A stretch of 64,000 bases of DNA from Elainellaceae cyanobacterium (GCA_050330955.1 JBHJHJ010000022.1:117-64116), one strand, 5' to 3'. Shown: positions 19,686 to 30,876, numbered from the stretch's first letter. Program-made: numbers and translations. Notes: generated from the sequence alone by a model not told the origin.

Positions 19686-21152
19686 ATGTTTGAAGCCCTT
19701 TCAGATCGGCTGGAATCTGCCTGGAAAACGCTCCGAGGTCAAGACAAGATCTCCGAGTCGAACATCCAAGACGCCCTACGGGAAGTGCGCAGGGCACTGC
19801 TCGAAGCAGATGCCAATCTGCAGGTCGTTAAAGAGTTCATCGCTGAGGTCAAAACCAAGGCCCAGGGAGCTGGGGTCGTAGCTGGGGTCCGCCCCGACCA
19901 GCAGTTCATCAAGATCGTTCACGATGAACTCGTCGCGGTGATGGGGGAGACGGGGGTTCCCCTAGCCCATGCAGAGCCGGGCCCGACAGTTGTTTTGATG
20001 GCCGGTCTGCAGGGCACTGGAAAAACGACGGCCTCTGCCAAACTGGCGCTCCATTTACGTAAGCAAGAGCGGAGTGCGCTGCTGGTGGCGACAGACGTTT
20101 ACCGGCCCGCCGCCATTGACCAGCTGGTCACTTTGGGCAAGCAGATCAACGTGCCGGTGTTCGAGCTGGGCTCAGACGCCAACCCTGTGGACATCGCTCG
20201 TCGAGGTGTCGAGCAGGCCAAAACCAACGGCATTGACACTGTGATTATTGATACGGCAGGTCGCCTGCAGATTGACCAGGCGATGATGGCCGAGCTGGCG
20301 CAGATTAAGCAGGCTGTGCAGCCCGACGATGTGCTGCTGGTGGTTGACGCCATGACTGGGCAAGAGGCCGCCACCTTGACCCGCACCTTCCACGACGAGA
20401 TTGGGGTGACGGGGGCGATTTTGACCAAGATGGACGGCGATACCCGCGGCGGCGCGGCGCTGTCCGTGCGCAGTATCTCTGGGCAGCCTATCAAGTTTAT
20501 CGGGGTTGGCGAGAAGGTGGAAGCGCTGCAGCCCTTTTACCCCGACCGCATGGCCTCCCGCATCTTGGGCATGGGGGACGTGCTCACCCTGGTGGAAAAG
20601 GCCCAGGAAGAAGTAGATATGGCGGAAGCCGAGCAGATGCAGGAGAAGATTCTGTCGGCGCAGTTCGACTTCAACGACTTCCTCAAACAGACTCGCCTGC
20701 TGAAAACCATGGGCTCCCTGGGGGGCTTGGCCAAAATGATTCCCGGCATGAACAAGATTTCGGGGGACCAGCTGGCCCAGGGTGAAACCCAGCTCAAGCG
20801 GGCTGAATCCATGATTCGGTCCATGACCCTAGAAGAGCGGCGCAATCCGGAGCTCCTATCTAGTTCCCCCAGTCGTCGCCGCCGCATCGCCAAAGGCGCG
20901 GGCTATGACCTTAATGACGTCAGCAAGCTGGTCAGCGACTTTCAAAAGATGCGATCGCTGATGCAGCAGATGGGGCAAGGCCAGATGGGGCTACCGGGCA
21001 TGGGCGGTATGCCAGGTATGGGCGGCATGCCGGGCATGGGCGGTATGCCAGGTATGGGGGGCGGCATGCCGGGATGGCGGGGCTATCAAAGCGGTAAAGC
21101 GGGCAAGAAAAAGAAAAAGCAGAAGAAGAAAAAAGGGTTCGGCAACCTGTAG
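19686..21152 (+). CDS. ffh: Signal recognition particle protein Ffh
   Basis: N domain (MFEALSDRLESAWKTLRGQ), G domain (GLQGTGKTTASAKLA, DTAGRLQ), M domain. C-terminal GMPGMGG repeats and a poly-Lys tail. Confidence 0.95.
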   Translation: MFEALSDRLESAWKTLRGQDKISESNIQDALREVRRALLEADANLQVVKEFIAEVKTKAQGAGVVAGVRPDQQFIKIVHDELVAVMGETGVPLAHAEPGPTVVLMAGLQGTGKTTASAKLALHLRKQERSALLVATDVYRPAAIDQLVTLGKQINVPVFELGSDANPVDIARRGVEQAKTNGIDTVIIDTAGRLQIDQAMMAELAQIKQAVQPDDVLLVVDAMTGQEAATLTRTFHDEIGVTGAILTKMDGDTRGGAALSVRSISGQPIKFIGVGEKVEALQPFYPDRMASRILGMGDVLTLVEKAQEEVDMAEAEQMQEKILSAQFDFNDFLKQTRLLKTMGSLGGLAKMIPGMNKISGDQLAQGETQLKRAESMIRSMTLEERRNPELLSSSPSRRRRIAKGAGYDLNDVSKLVSDFQKMRSLMQQMGQGQMGLPGMGGMPGMGGMPGMGGMPGMGGGMPGWRGYQSGKAGKKKKKQKKKKGFGNL

Positions 21153-21648
21153 CGCTGCACTACTGCCAGGATCTATAGCCTGAGTTTGCTGAGGTAGGGA
21201 GAAACTATCCTGCCCAGCGGGTAGTCATTTTGTAAGGATTTGAAGTTTGACTGGGTTAAAGGCCCCGTTTAGGGCCGAGAAGCCATCTGGGTATTCTCGC
21301 TCATATGGCTATAGCCACAGCAAATGTGTTGATGCATCGGGAAATTTTGCACTCAGTTGCCGGCGCAGCGTCAAGACTTTGGCATGCGCGCAGCGTGACG
21401 CTCGATACCATAAATACTGGCTTGAGTAACTGGATTCTAGGCAACTGGGCCAACACAATAATTTTTTATAGGCCGGGGTCGCTGAGTTCTGAAGTTCACC
21501 GAGTAGGATGAGGCAGTTTGTCCAAACATGGCTCAACCTAAAAATTGCCAAATCCCTAAGCGACCGATATTCTGCATAAGGTTGTTTCTACAGCCCGCGT
21601 TCTTAGCCGCTCATTAAATTACCTCTTAAAGATTGTCGAAACACCAGT

Positions 21649-23772
21649 ATGCAAGCTCATAAGAATGTTATTGCCATCGGTATCAGCGCAGCGGTAATCA
21701 TGGGTTCCGCTGCGTCGGCAAGTGCCCAAACTGCCGCTTCTACCACACAGCACTCGGCTCAACCCGACGTCTCCAAACCGCCGTCACAAAAGCCCGGCGT
21801 CTGGATAGCTCAATCGGCCCAGCAGTCCATACCTACAGTGAGGGTAGCCCCAACTCCGTCGCCTGAGGCAGCGGGCAGCGTTGATGTCGTAGGCGATCGC
21901 CCGCTGCCAGGGCTTGATTTATCTCAGATTACCCCCGACTCAGCCGGAGACGAACTTGCACAGATTGAGAGCCCCAATGGCACCGCGGAATCAGAGGAGG
22001 AGCTAGAATCTGGCTCACAAGACAACAACGACCCAGGCGAACCGGAAATAAACGACGAGCCAGAGGCCTCCAGCGACGCAGTTGACCGCGAAGCCCCAGC
22101 ATCAGAAGTAGATTCCCCAGATGAGAGTCCAGCCGGTGAGCCTGCTGATGAGTCTGACAGTGAGCCCGCTGGTGAGTCTGACGGTGAACCTGACAGCAAC
22201 GCGGAGAGTCCCAGCGTTACTGAGTCCAATCCGCTCTCCCAACCCTTTGAGCTAGACGGCACGGAGAGTCGTGATGGGGAATTAGAATCATCCGATGAAC
22301 CCGATGAATCAGAGAGCGGCGGGCCTGAAGATCTCTCCCCTGCCGAGCCCAGCGAAGATTTTCCTGAAGATGCCCCATCTCCTCTAGTACAAGAGGTTCT
22401 AGAGGCTTTAGATGCGCCGGCAAATCCCCTATTTTTCCCAACGGACCCGCAGACGGTAGAGGTTACTGAAACGGTCTCTATCACCCTTAAGCAAGCCCTG
22501 CAGGTGGCCTATCGCAACAGCCGCGAGCTGCAGAGCGCTCAGCTCCAGTTCGAACAGGCGCAGGCCGCTGTTCGGGAAGCCCTAGCTGACCGGTTCCCGA
22601 CGTTGAGCGCCACTGCGAGCTACTCCCGCTCCACCTTCAACTTGTTTAGCGACGGGCTCGGCACCATTACGGCTGATGGCACCACCACAGGGGGTGGAAA
22701 CTTTACTGACTTGGACTCTACTTTCAACGGAACGGTCTCTCTAGACTATGACCTGTTTACCTCCGGAGCGCGGCAGGGCAGTATTCGGGCCGCCCGGGAG
22801 AATCGGCGGCTGCAGGCGCTTCAGCTTGAGGTGGTTGCTGAGGACATTCAACTAAACATCGCTCAGGCCTATTACGATATTCAGGCAGCGGACGAGGCCG
22901 TGCGGATTAGCCAGAGTAATCTGGAAGAGGCGGAGATCAGCCGTGATAACGCTCGAGCCCGAGAGCAGGCCGGAGTGGGAACACAATTTGACCTACTCCA
23001 GGCTGAGGTGGAAGTGGCCAACGCCCGCCAAGAAGTTCGTAATGCTGAAGCAGATCAGCTAACTACTCAGCGTCAGCTCGTAGACCTGCTGAGCCTGCCC
23101 CCCGGCATCACGCTTACCGCAGCAGAACCGGTAGAAGTTGCTGGAAGATGGCAGCTTTCATTGGAAGAGACCTTGGTTTTGGCCTACAAGAATCGAGCTG
23201 AGCTGGAACAGCAGCTTGTTCAACGAGAGCTCGATCGTCAGCAGCGGCGGGTGGCCCGGGCTAGCACACTGCCCCAGCTCTCCGTATCGGCAGATTATCA
23301 GGTGCAGGACTTGTTGGACGCGACTCGTAGCGACAGCGGCGATACAGACTCATTTGCAATTAGTGCACAATTGAGCTGGCTATTGTTTGATGGCGGGGCC
23401 TCGCGGGCAGCAGCACGGCAAGAGAGCATCGATATCGAGATTGCCGAAACCACATTTGCCGACACCCGAGAATCTATCCGTTTTGAAGTTGAGGAGGCCT
23501 TCTATGACCTTGAATCGAATTTTGAAAACATTCAGACTGCTGCGGAGGCGGTAGGTTTGGCAGAACGGTCTCTAGAGCTCGCACGGCTGCGGCTCGATGC
23601 AGGTGTAGGCATCCAGTCGGATGTAATCACAGCCCAAAGCGATCTGACCGAAGCCAGAGGCAACCGGGTGACGGCAATCTTGAACTATAACCGGGCGCTG
23701 GTTTCAATTCAGCGGGCGGTAAGCAATCTGCCAGACAACAATCTTGCGGATATTCCTCCCGGCAACCTCTAA
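21649..23772 (+). CDS. TolC-family outer-membrane efflux protein with an acidic, Ser/Asp/Glu/Pro-rich N-terminal extension of about 200 aa
   Basis: Signal peptide. The C-terminal roughly 450 aa show the duplicated OEP-type coiled-coil/beta-barrel repeat (LKQALQVAYRNSRELQSAQ..., LEETLVLAYKNRAELEQ...). Confidence 0.8.
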   Translation: MQAHKNVIAIGISAAVIMGSAASASAQTAASTTQHSAQPDVSKPPSQKPGVWIAQSAQQSIPTVRVAPTPSPEAAGSVDVVGDRPLPGLDLSQITPDSAGDELAQIESPNGTAESEEELESGSQDNNDPGEPEINDEPEASSDAVDREAPASEVDSPDESPAGEPADESDSEPAGESDGEPDSNAESPSVTESNPLSQPFELDGTESRDGELESSDEPDESESGGPEDLSPAEPSEDFPEDAPSPLVQEVLEALDAPANPLFFPTDPQTVEVTETVSITLKQALQVAYRNSRELQSAQLQFEQAQAAVREALADRFPTLSATASYSRSTFNLFSDGLGTITADGTTTGGGNFTDLDSTFNGTVSLDYDLFTSGARQGSIRAARENRRLQALQLEVVAEDIQLNIAQAYYDIQAADEAVRISQSNLEEAEISRDNARAREQAGVGTQFDLLQAEVEVANARQEVRNAEADQLTTQRQLVDLLSLPPGITLTAAEPVEVAGRWQLSLEETLVLAYKNRAELEQQLVQRELDRQQRRVARASTLPQLSVSADYQVQDLLDATRSDSGDTDSFAISAQLSWLLFDGGASRAAARQESIDIEIAETTFADTRESIRFEVEEAFYDLESNFENIQTAAEAVGLAERSLELARLRLDAGVGIQSDVITAQSDLTEARGNRVTAILNYNRALVSIQRAVSNLPDNNLADIPPGNL

Positions 23773-23840
23773 GGATCGCTGAGCTTGGGCTATCTCGGCT
23801 CTGCTATTGCCTAGGTTTGCTTCCCCCCGGCCAGCTGCGT

Positions 23841-24194
23841 TCAGGAGACAAAATAGCGCGCTTCAGAAAGGTTTCGCTCGGTGCGATCGCCTATCGCCTG
23901 TTGACTTGATTGATGGGCGCAGAGCAGCGTGAGCACCTTTTCAGCGTCCATTAACCGCTTGAGCACCACTTGACCAATAGCATCAGGCGGTGCATCCACC
24001 CCAGGCTTGACTTCCACCATCAAAATGGCGTCCTCGACCTGGTAGAGCCATAGCCGCTCATCGGCTTCCCTGATCGATAGATTAAGCTGCTGAATCTGGG
24101 GCTTGCGCCGCCAGGCTACCTCATTCCAAAGGCCGCTTGATTCCCAAATTCGACCCACTGTCCAACCATCAGATAGAAAAAAGTACTTTGCCAT
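23841..24194 (-). CDS. Hypothetical protein (117 aa), probably co-transcribed with the upstream sigma-like gene
   Basis: The ORF begins 12 nt after the stop of 24207-24926 on the same strand. MAKYFFLSDGWTVGRIWE N-terminus. Confidence 0.5.
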   Translation of the reverse strand: MAKYFFLSDGWTVGRIWESSGLWNEVAWRRKPQIQQLNLSIREADERLWLYQVEDAILMVEVKPGVDAPPDAIGQVVLKRLMDAEKVLTLLCAHQSSQQAIGDRTERNLSEARYFVS

Positions 24195-24206
24195 GGGACT
24201 AGGGCT

Positions 24207-24926
24207 TCACGTTTGCTTAAGATTGGCAGGAGAGAGGTAGATGTCTCGGATGTCCTGGGGAAGTGATTCGCTGGTATGGTCGTAGCTTTCCTCCAGTAAC
24301 GTTATAACAGTTGCAGTATTGACCGCTGCCTTCTGAGAGGTCAGGTAGGCGCTCACCTCTTCCACAGACCAGCCAAACCGCTTGTGCAAGAGCATAACGA
24401 GCCGGTGTATCGGAGAAAGTCGCTCAAGCGACTGGTTGAGATAGCACCATAGGGGCGGTGACGCATAGGTCAGGGCGTATCGAATTTTCTCGGCATCTGG
24501 GATTGCGCTGTCATGGATACACTGGGCAACGCTGTCTATAATCCAGTTCTGCAGCGTTAGCGGCGCATCCGTGCCGTGGCTCAAATTCAGCTCCTCCCCT
24601 CGAGTGCCGCTGTCCTGGGGCAGCGCCGGTTCCCCATCGTCGGATGAGGACTGATCCGCTTGAGCAAAATGTTCGGGACTGACACTCTGCAGCTCTTGAT
24701 AGATTTGCTGCCAGGCCTGAGCAAATAAATAGTCCACCTGGACTGCAGATTGAGCCGCATGGTGTATCAGACTGTAAACAAGGGGGCTGTAGCGGCAGAA
24801 GATCGCCACAAAATACCGCCCGGCCCCCGGATACTGACAGAATCGCTGCAGCAGTTCCTGGTCATCATGGCCCAAGGTTGTCTCTATGAGGGGATGATAG
24901 CACTCTGGGAAGCGGGGAATTTGCAC
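24207..24926 (-). CDS. Divergent sigma-70-family-like protein (ECF-like region 2 and region 4 signatures)
   Basis: ELLQRFCQ...GRYFVAIFCRYSPLVYSLI...VDYLFAQAWQQIY resembles sigma region 2. LERLSPIHRLVMLLHKRFGWSVEEVSAYLTSQKAAV resembles region 4.2 HTH. An acidic linker lies between them. Confidence 0.45.
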   Translation of the reverse strand: MQIPRFPECYHPLIETTLGHDDQELLQRFCQYPGAGRYFVAIFCRYSPLVYSLIHHAAQSAVQVDYLFAQAWQQIYQELQSVSPEHFAQADQSSSDDGEPALPQDSGTRGEELNLSHGTDAPLTLQNWIIDSVAQCIHDSAIPDAEKIRYALTYASPPLWCYLNQSLERLSPIHRLVMLLHKRFGWSVEEVSAYLTSQKAAVNTATVITLLEESYDHTSESLPQDIRDIYLSPANLKQT

Positions 24927-25170
24927 GACGACTTGTCCTTATTTCTTGTGAGTCAGAGCGACCCAGGACCTGTACAGCGACACTATACCCTTTTGCCTGG
25001 TCAAGCCATCTGGGCTGACGGTCCGTATCCAAACTAATCTCTGCCGCGAACTCCCTCACGAACGGCACTGCGGATTGGCAATGCAGCGATATACTGGCAT
25101 TAGGATCTTGAAGAATCGTGAATTTAATATCCGCCTTTCCGCGTTAATCCTCAGTAGCCTATTCGAGCGC

Positions 25171-26289
25171 ATGAACACTGGAATCGACTTGCAGGCCAGC
25201 TTTATCCAACTTCTAACTCAGCTTGGTCTTCCGCCTGGTGTAGCCAAAACAGCTTGGCTGCCGCTACCTATGCTGATTGTGCTGGTGGGGGCAACGGTGG
25301 GCGTCTTGGTCTCGACCTGGCTGGAGCGAAAGGTGTCCGCCGCCGTTCAGCAGCGTATTGGCCCAGAATATGCGGGTCCGATGGGGCTGCTGATTCCCGT
25401 CGCCGATGGTCTCAAGCTACTCGTCAAAGAAGATATCCTACCGGCTAAGGCCGACCCAATTCTCTATACGATGGGGCCGGTTTTGGTGGTGGTGCCCGTA
25501 TTTCTGTCCTACATGATCATTCCGTTCGGGCAGAATTTGATGATCAGTAACCTCGGCGTGGGCATTTTCCTGTGGATTGCCCTCTCTAGCATTGCGCCGA
25601 TTGGGCTGCTGATGGCGGGCTATTCTTCCAACAATAAGTATTCGCTACTGGGGGGGTTGCGGGCCGCAGCTCAATCCATTAGCTACGAAATTCCCCTGGC
25701 GCTGGCGGTGCTCGCCGTTGTGATGATGTCCAACTCACTCAGCACGGTTGACATCGTTAACCAGCAGGCGGGCTACGGTGTTTTGAGCTGGAACGTCTGG
25801 CGTCAGCCGGTTGGGTTCGTCATTTTCGTGGTTGCAGCCCTGGCAGAGTGCGAACGCCTGCCATTTGACCTCCCTGAGGCCGAGGAGGAGCTGGTGGCAG
25901 GCTACCAGACCGAGTACGCGGGCATGCGGTTTGGCCTGTTTTACCTGGGCTCCTACGTTAACCTGGTATTGTCGGCGCTGTTTGTGTCGGTGCTTTACTT
26001 GGGGGGCTGGAGCTTTCCTGTGCCCGTAGAGGCGATCGCTGGCTGGCTTGGCATCAGTGAGACCACGCCGTGGCTTCAGGTATTGACGGGCGCCTTGGGG
26101 ATTGTGATGACCGTGCTCAAAGCCTACCTGCTGGTCTTTTTCGCGGTTTTGCTCCGCTGGACGGTGCCCCGCGTACGCATTGACCAGCTCCTCGACCTTG
26201 GCTGGAAATTCCTGCTGCCCGTGGCCCTAGCTAACCTACTGCTCACAGCGGCGCTCAAGCTCTCATTTCCGTTTGCTTTCGGGGGATAG
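25171..26289 (+). CDS. ndhA: NAD(P)H-quinone oxidoreductase subunit 1 (NdhA/NuoH)
   Basis: [13 protein letters not shown] start and [22 protein letters not shown]. Eight TM helices. The track ORF at 25075 starts 32 codons upstream, but MNTGIDLQ is taken as the start from my recollection of cyanobacterial NdhA N-termini. Confidence 0.9.
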   Translation: MNTGIDLQASFIQLLTQLGLPPGVAKTAWLPLPMLIVLVGATVGVLVSTWLERKVSAAVQQRIGPEYAGPMGLLIPVADGLKLLVKEDILPAKADPILYTMGPVLVVVPVFLSYMIIPFGQNLMISNLGVGIFLWIALSSIAPIGLLMAGYSSNNKYSLLGGLRAAAQSISYEIPLALAVLAVVMMSNSLSTVDIVNQQAGYGVLSWNVWRQPVGFVIFVVAALAECERLPFDLPEAEEELVAGYQTEYAGMRFGLFYLGSYVNLVLSALFVSVLYLGGWSFPVPVEAIAGWLGISETTPWLQVLTGALGIVMTVLKAYLLVFFAVLLRWTVPRVRIDQLLDLGWKFLLPVALANLLLTAALKLSFPFAFGG

Positions 26290-26406
26290 CAGCATGGTTA
26301 CCCCAGATCGCTGCCTGATCTATTGACCGCGCTCAATTTAACTTGTCCCATCTCGATCGTCAGCGTCTGAGTTTGTCCTGTCGTCGTAATTACACCGCTT
26401 AACAAG

Positions 26407-27030
26407 ATGCTTAATTTTTTAAAGCAAATTGGTGACTACACTAAGGGGGCTGCTGAGGCGGCTCGCTACATTGGTCAGGGGCTTTCAGTCACCTTCGACC
26501 ATCTGCAGCGTCGCCCCGTCACTGTTCAGTATCCCTACGAAAAACTTATTCCCTCAGAGCGCTATCGCGGTCGTATCCACTTCGAATTTGACAAGTGTAT
26601 CGCCTGCGAAGTCTGCGTTAGGGTCTGCCCTATCAACCTACCCGTGGTGGATTGGGAGTTTAATAAAGAGGCCAAGAAAAAGAACCTCAAGCACTACAGC
26701 ATTGATTTTGGGGTCTGCATCTTTTGCGGCAACTGCGTCGAGTACTGTCCGACTAATTGCCTGTCCATGACGGAAGAGTATGAGCTAGCCTCCTACGATC
26801 GCCACGAGCTTAATTACGACAACGTGGCCCTAGGGCGCTTGCCCTACAAGGTCACGCAAGACGATATGGTGACGCCGCTGCGGGAGTTTGCCTACTTACC
26901 CAAGGGCGTAATGAATCCCCACGGTCTCGCCCCAGGGTCTCGCCGGTCTGGTAAGCTTCCAGAGGAAATCCTTGAGGAACTGGATTCCGAGCAGGATGAC
27001 CAAAATGCAGAAACCGTGAATAGCAACTAG
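26407..27030 (+). CDS. ndhI: NAD(P)H-quinone oxidoreductase subunit I (2x[4Fe-4S])
   Basis: [15 protein letters not shown]-terminus. Two CxxCxxCxxxCP motifs ([24 protein letters not shown]). Confidence 0.9.
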   Translation: MLNFLKQIGDYTKGAAEAARYIGQGLSVTFDHLQRRPVTVQYPYEKLIPSERYRGRIHFEFDKCIACEVCVRVCPINLPVVDWEFNKEAKKKNLKHYSIDFGVCIFCGNCVEYCPTNCLSMTEEYELASYDRHELNYDNVALGRLPYKVTQDDMVTPLREFAYLPKGVMNPHGLAPGSRRSGKLPEEILEELDSEQDDQNAETVNSN

Positions 27031-27044
27031 GGAGATCGTCAATC

Positions 27045-27650
27045 GTGAATTTAGCAGAAGGGGTCCAGCTCGTTTCCCTAATTATTCTGGGGGCGATGAT
27101 GCTGGCATCGGCGCTAGGCGTGGTCTTGCTGGCAAACATTGTATACTCGGCATTCTTGCTGGGTGGCGTGTTCATCAGCATGTCGGGGATGTACATTCTC
27201 CTCAACGCGGGTTTTGTCGCTGCTGCACAAATTTTGATCTATGTTGGGGCCGTTAACGTCCTGATTCTGTTTGGAATCATGCTGGTGAGCAAAGAAGAGC
27301 CCCCTGCAAGCGATCGCGCCTGGATTGGCAAGCTTGCGACTGCTGGGGTGTGCCTTGGACTATTTGCGCTGCTGGCTGCTATGGTCATCGCCACGCCTTG
27401 GTCCCTTTCTTTGGCGCCTGCGGCTGGCGAGAGCGCTACGGTGGAAATTGGCAAGCATCTATTCACCGATTTTCTCCTGCCCTTTGAGCTGGCCTCTGTG
27501 CTGCTGCTGATGGCGCTGATTGGCGCGATCGTTCTGGCTCGCCGAGAGCTGCTGCCGGATGAGCAGCCGGAGGACACAGTGCTGACCCTGCCTGAGCGTC
27601 CTCGGTTTGTGGCTGCCGCTAAGGCACTTTCCGAGCAGGCTCAGCGCTGA
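27045..27650 (+). CDS. ndhG: NAD(P)H-quinone oxidoreductase subunit 6 (NdhG)
   Basis: GTG start. MNLAEGVQLVSLIILGAMM is the typical NdhG N-terminus. Five TM helices. Confidence 0.9.
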   Translation: MNLAEGVQLVSLIILGAMMLASALGVVLLANIVYSAFLLGGVFISMSGMYILLNAGFVAAAQILIYVGAVNVLILFGIMLVSKEEPPASDRAWIGKLATAGVCLGLFALLAAMVIATPWSLSLAPAAGESATVEIGKHLFTDFLLPFELASVLLLMALIGAIVLARRELLPDEQPEDTVLTLPERPRFVAAAKALSEQAQR

Positions 27651-27703
27651 GCGGTGCCTGCTGTGAGCGTTTCGTATTTGCTTAAATTTAACGGTATAGA
27701 GTC

Positions 27704-28009
27704 ATGCAGCTAGAATATTATCTACTCTTAGCCGCTGCGCTATTTTGCATCGGCATCTATGGCTTGGTTACGAGCCGTAACGCCATTCGCGTGCTGATGT
27801 CCATTGAGCTTCTGTTGAATGCCGTCAACCTTAACCTGTTGGCCTTCTCCAACTACCTTGACCCTGCTGGGATCAAGGGCCAGGTGTTCGGAGTCTTTAT
27901 TATCACTATCGCCGCCGCCGAGTCGGCGGTGGGTTTGGCTATCGTGCTCGCCATCTATCGCAACCGCAATACGGTGGATATGGATCAGTTCAACCTGCTG
28001 AAGTGGTAA
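27704..28009 (+). CDS. ndhE: NAD(P)H-quinone oxidoreductase subunit 4L (NdhE)
   Basis: [44 protein letters not shown]. 101 aa. Confidence 0.9.
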   Translation: MQLEYYLLLAAALFCIGIYGLVTSRNAIRVLMSIELLLNAVNLNLLAFSNYLDPAGIKGQVFGVFIITIAAAESAVGLAIVLAIYRNRNTVDMDQFNLLKW

Positions 28010-28013
28010 GCCT

Positions 28014-28934
28014 GTGGATCTCAACCAGGTTATCATTGCCCATAAAGCCGCCGATGCCCTGAGTCGCCAGTGGGCTGAAACCTGTGCTAAACAGCTCGAG
28101 CGTCGCGGAACCCATGTGCTGATGGGTCCTAGTGGCCCTAAAGACAATCCCTATCCTGTTTTCTTGTCCTCTGCCATGCAGCCCATCGATCTGGCTGTGG
28201 TTCTGGGGGGAGACGGCACGGCATTGGCAGCGGCGCGGCACCTGGCTCCTGAGGGTATTCCGATTCTTGCCGTCAATGCGGGCGGCCACTTAGGCTTTTT
28301 AACCGAAGCTTTAGACGACTTCCAAAACTCTGAGCAGGTTTGGGATCGCTTGAGCGAGGACCGCTACGCGGTGGAGCGGCGGATGATGCTGCAGGCCGCG
28401 ACCTTTGAGGGCGATCGCCTCGACTCTGAGATTATGAGCGATCGCTTTTTGGCCCTCAATGAAATGTGCGTCAAGCCAGCCTCGGCTGACCGGATGATTA
28501 CCTCAGTTCTTGAGCTGGAAATTGACGGCGAGGTGGTCGATCAGTACCAGGGAGACGGGCTGATTGTGGCGACGCCAACGGGCTCAACCTGCTATACGGT
28601 TGCGGCCAGCGGTCCCATTGTTCACTCCGGCATGGATGCCTTGACCATCACCCCCATCTGCCCCCTGAGCCTATCAAGCCGGCCTATCGTGATCCCTCCG
28701 GGCTGCGTGGTCAGCGTTTGGCCTCTAGCAGACCATGACCTTTCCACTAAGCTCTGGATGGACGGCGTCCTTGCCACATCGATTTGGCCGGGGCAGCGGG
28801 TCGACATTCGAAGAGCAGATTGCTCGGCCCACTTCATTATCTTGCGTGAAAACCATTCTTACTACCAGACTCTGCAGGAAAAGCTCCAGTGGGCGGGGGC
28901 TCGCATTCGCTACAGCAACAACTATCGCAACTAG
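28014..28934 (+). CDS. nadK: NAD(+) kinase
   Basis: GGDGTALAAARHLAPEGIPILAVNAGGHLGFL (GGDG motif and NE/D short motif). Placed after ndhE, which matches my recollection of cyanobacterial gene order (not checked). Confidence 0.85.
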   Translation: MDLNQVIIAHKAADALSRQWAETCAKQLERRGTHVLMGPSGPKDNPYPVFLSSAMQPIDLAVVLGGDGTALAAARHLAPEGIPILAVNAGGHLGFLTEALDDFQNSEQVWDRLSEDRYAVERRMMLQAATFEGDRLDSEIMSDRFLALNEMCVKPASADRMITSVLELEIDGEVVDQYQGDGLIVATPTGSTCYTVAASGPIVHSGMDALTITPICPLSLSSRPIVIPPGCVVSVWPLADHDLSTKLWMDGVLATSIWPGQRVDIRRADCSAHFIILRENHSYYQTLQEKLQWAGARIRYSNNYRN

Positions 28935-29448
28935 CCTACAGGTTTGAGTAGGAGCCATACTGCAGGTCATTTAATGTGATGCAAATCGCAGGGTTAGTGT
29001 AATTTACTGCAGATCAGGACTAGTGGTTTTGTGGTTACATGTTGCGTGACAGGGGGCATCCGGTTCTGACCCACTAAAGTGCGATTTACTGCATTGCTTT
29101 TCATCTCATTAGCGACTAGTTTACAGATACATCAGGGTGTAAGTACGTAATCGAAAGATTAACGTTTCTGGGTCTATGTGAAGGCGAACGACGCTTTAAG
29201 CGCATCAGGTTCACGTTTGACCATCGCTCAGCCTTAAAAGTTTTGTCACATTTAGTACCCTCACTGCGTGCTCACAGCACTTGACGAGGGCTATGAGCTG
29301 CCTCTTAGCAACTGCACTTCGCTGTGCTGGTTTCTGGGCTATGGATGGCGGAGGTTACTTTTGACATGAGCGATGGAGCGAGCTGTAGCTGGATGTGTTT
29401 AGACCAGCCGTCACGGTTAGTACGACTTTGTAACACTCGGAGCATTCT

Positions 29449-29664
29449 ATGCCATCTTCCACTGCGACTGCACCCATCAACCCTACCGCCACTCAATGCC
29501 CTAAATGCGGCAAGCTTTCGATCGTTGCGCAGCCTGACAATTCGTATCGATGCTTGAGCTGCGATTTCCACCGAGACTTCTCAAAAGATAAGAAGAAAGA
29601 AAAGAAATCCGGCGGGCTGCTGGCAATCCTTGTCGCGGTAGTGACCCTGCTGCTGCTGCTCTAG
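29449..29664 (+). CDS. Hypothetical small zinc-ribbon membrane protein (71 aa)
   Basis: CPKCG...CLSCDF (CxxC-x14-CxxC), a Lys-rich linker, then the C-terminal TM segment LLAILVAVVTLLLLL. Confidence 0.35.
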   Translation: MPSSTATAPINPTATQCPKCGKLSIVAQPDNSYRCLSCDFHRDFSKDKKKEKKSGGLLAILVAVVTLLLLL

Positions 29665-29717
29665 GTTAGCCGAGACCCTAACCGGGGCTTTGGACCTGGC
29701 GAAATTACGATCGCAGC

Positions 29718-30821
29718 CTAATGTAGCGCGGTCAAGACGCCGGGTCGCCTCAGGTCCTCCAAGTTCCGACTGCCGGTGCAAAAGAGCGCGGTCTTCAGCT
29801 CGGCCACCAGCGTATCAGTGAGCTCGTCTAGGTCTTCAATCGAAGCTGCTGCAGCCTGCAGGAATGGAAACGCCATCCCCGCTAGGTCAGCGCCCAGGGC
29901 GATCGCCGTTGCCGCATCTAAACCGTTTCTCAAGCCTCCCGAAGCGATGAGCGGCACCTCAGGGGCAATGGCCCTAGCCTGTACAATGCATTCTGCTGTT
30001 GGAATACCCCAGTTGGCGAAGGTCGCACCCAGCCGCCGCTGCTTGACATCCTGGGCCCGCTCGCGCTCGACCTGGGCCCAGGATGTTCCCCCCGAACCGG
30101 CGACGTCTACGGCCCTGACGCCAGCCTCCATTAGCCGCTGGACCATAGCGCCTGAAATCCCGTTGCCCACTTCCTTGGCCACCACGGGAACGGGCAGCTG
30201 ATGGCAGAGGGATGCGATCTTCTCTAACAGGCCAGAAAAGTTGGTGTCTCCTCGGGACTGGACGCACTCCTGAAGCGGGTTGAGGTGCAGAATTAGGGCG
30301 TCTGCGCCCAACCAATCTATGACCCGCAGGCACTCGTCTAAGCCATAGTCGTAGTTGAGCTGCACCGCTCCAAGGTTGGCCAGCAGCAAAACATCCGGTG
30401 CGTAGTCCCGCACTGAGAAGGTGGATGCCACTGTGGGGTTCTCGATGGCAACGCGCTGCGATCCCACCCCCATAGCAATGCCGTACTGCTGAGCGGCGAT
30501 CGCCAGCCGCTGATTGATCACGCGGGCCTGTTCTGTGCCCCCCGTCATCGAAGAAATCAGCAGGGGAGCCTGGAGACGCTTGCCTAAAAACCGGGTCGAG
30601 ACATCAATTTCCTTCCAGTCCAGCTCAGGTAGGCAGCAGTGGGTAAACTGATAGCGCTCTAGCCCGGTCGTCTGACGAAACTGAACATCCTCATCTAGGC
30701 AGATGCGAATGTGGTCGGCCTTGCGGGCCTGAGTTGAGTGGGCCTGAGTCGAGACTGGAGCCGCTGCGCCTAAGGGCGAGGGCGGGCCAAGGGCAGAAGC
30801 GGGGTTGGTATTGGGGGCCAC
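29718..30821 (-). CDS. fni: Type 2 isopentenyl-diphosphate delta-isomerase (FMN-dependent)
   Basis: TIM-barrel IDI-2 motifs: [43 protein letters not shown]. Confidence 0.85.
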   Translation of the reverse strand: MAPNTNPASALGPPSPLGAAAPVSTQAHSTQARKADHIRICLDEDVQFRQTTGLERYQFTHCCLPELDWKEIDVSTRFLGKRLQAPLLISSMTGGTEQARVINQRLAIAAQQYGIAMGVGSQRVAIENPTVASTFSVRDYAPDVLLLANLGAVQLNYDYGLDECLRVIDWLGADALILHLNPLQECVQSRGDTNFSGLLEKIASLCHQLPVPVVAKEVGNGISGAMVQRLMEAGVRAVDVAGSGGTSWAQVERERAQDVKQRRLGATFANWGIPTAECIVQARAIAPEVPLIASGGLRNGLDAATAIALGADLAGMAFPFLQAAAASIEDLDELTDTLVAELKTALFCTGSRNLEDLRRPGVLTALH

Positions 30822-30876
30822 AGGTGTTCTCTAACGGTTTAGCATCAATCTATCACTCAAATCATCACCGAGGCCC

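Noticed and set aside
21924-22484. 186-aa Ser-rich minus-strand ORF
   Set aside because: Antisense to the acidic repeat region of the TolC-like gene. An artefact of the repetitive GA-rich sequence.
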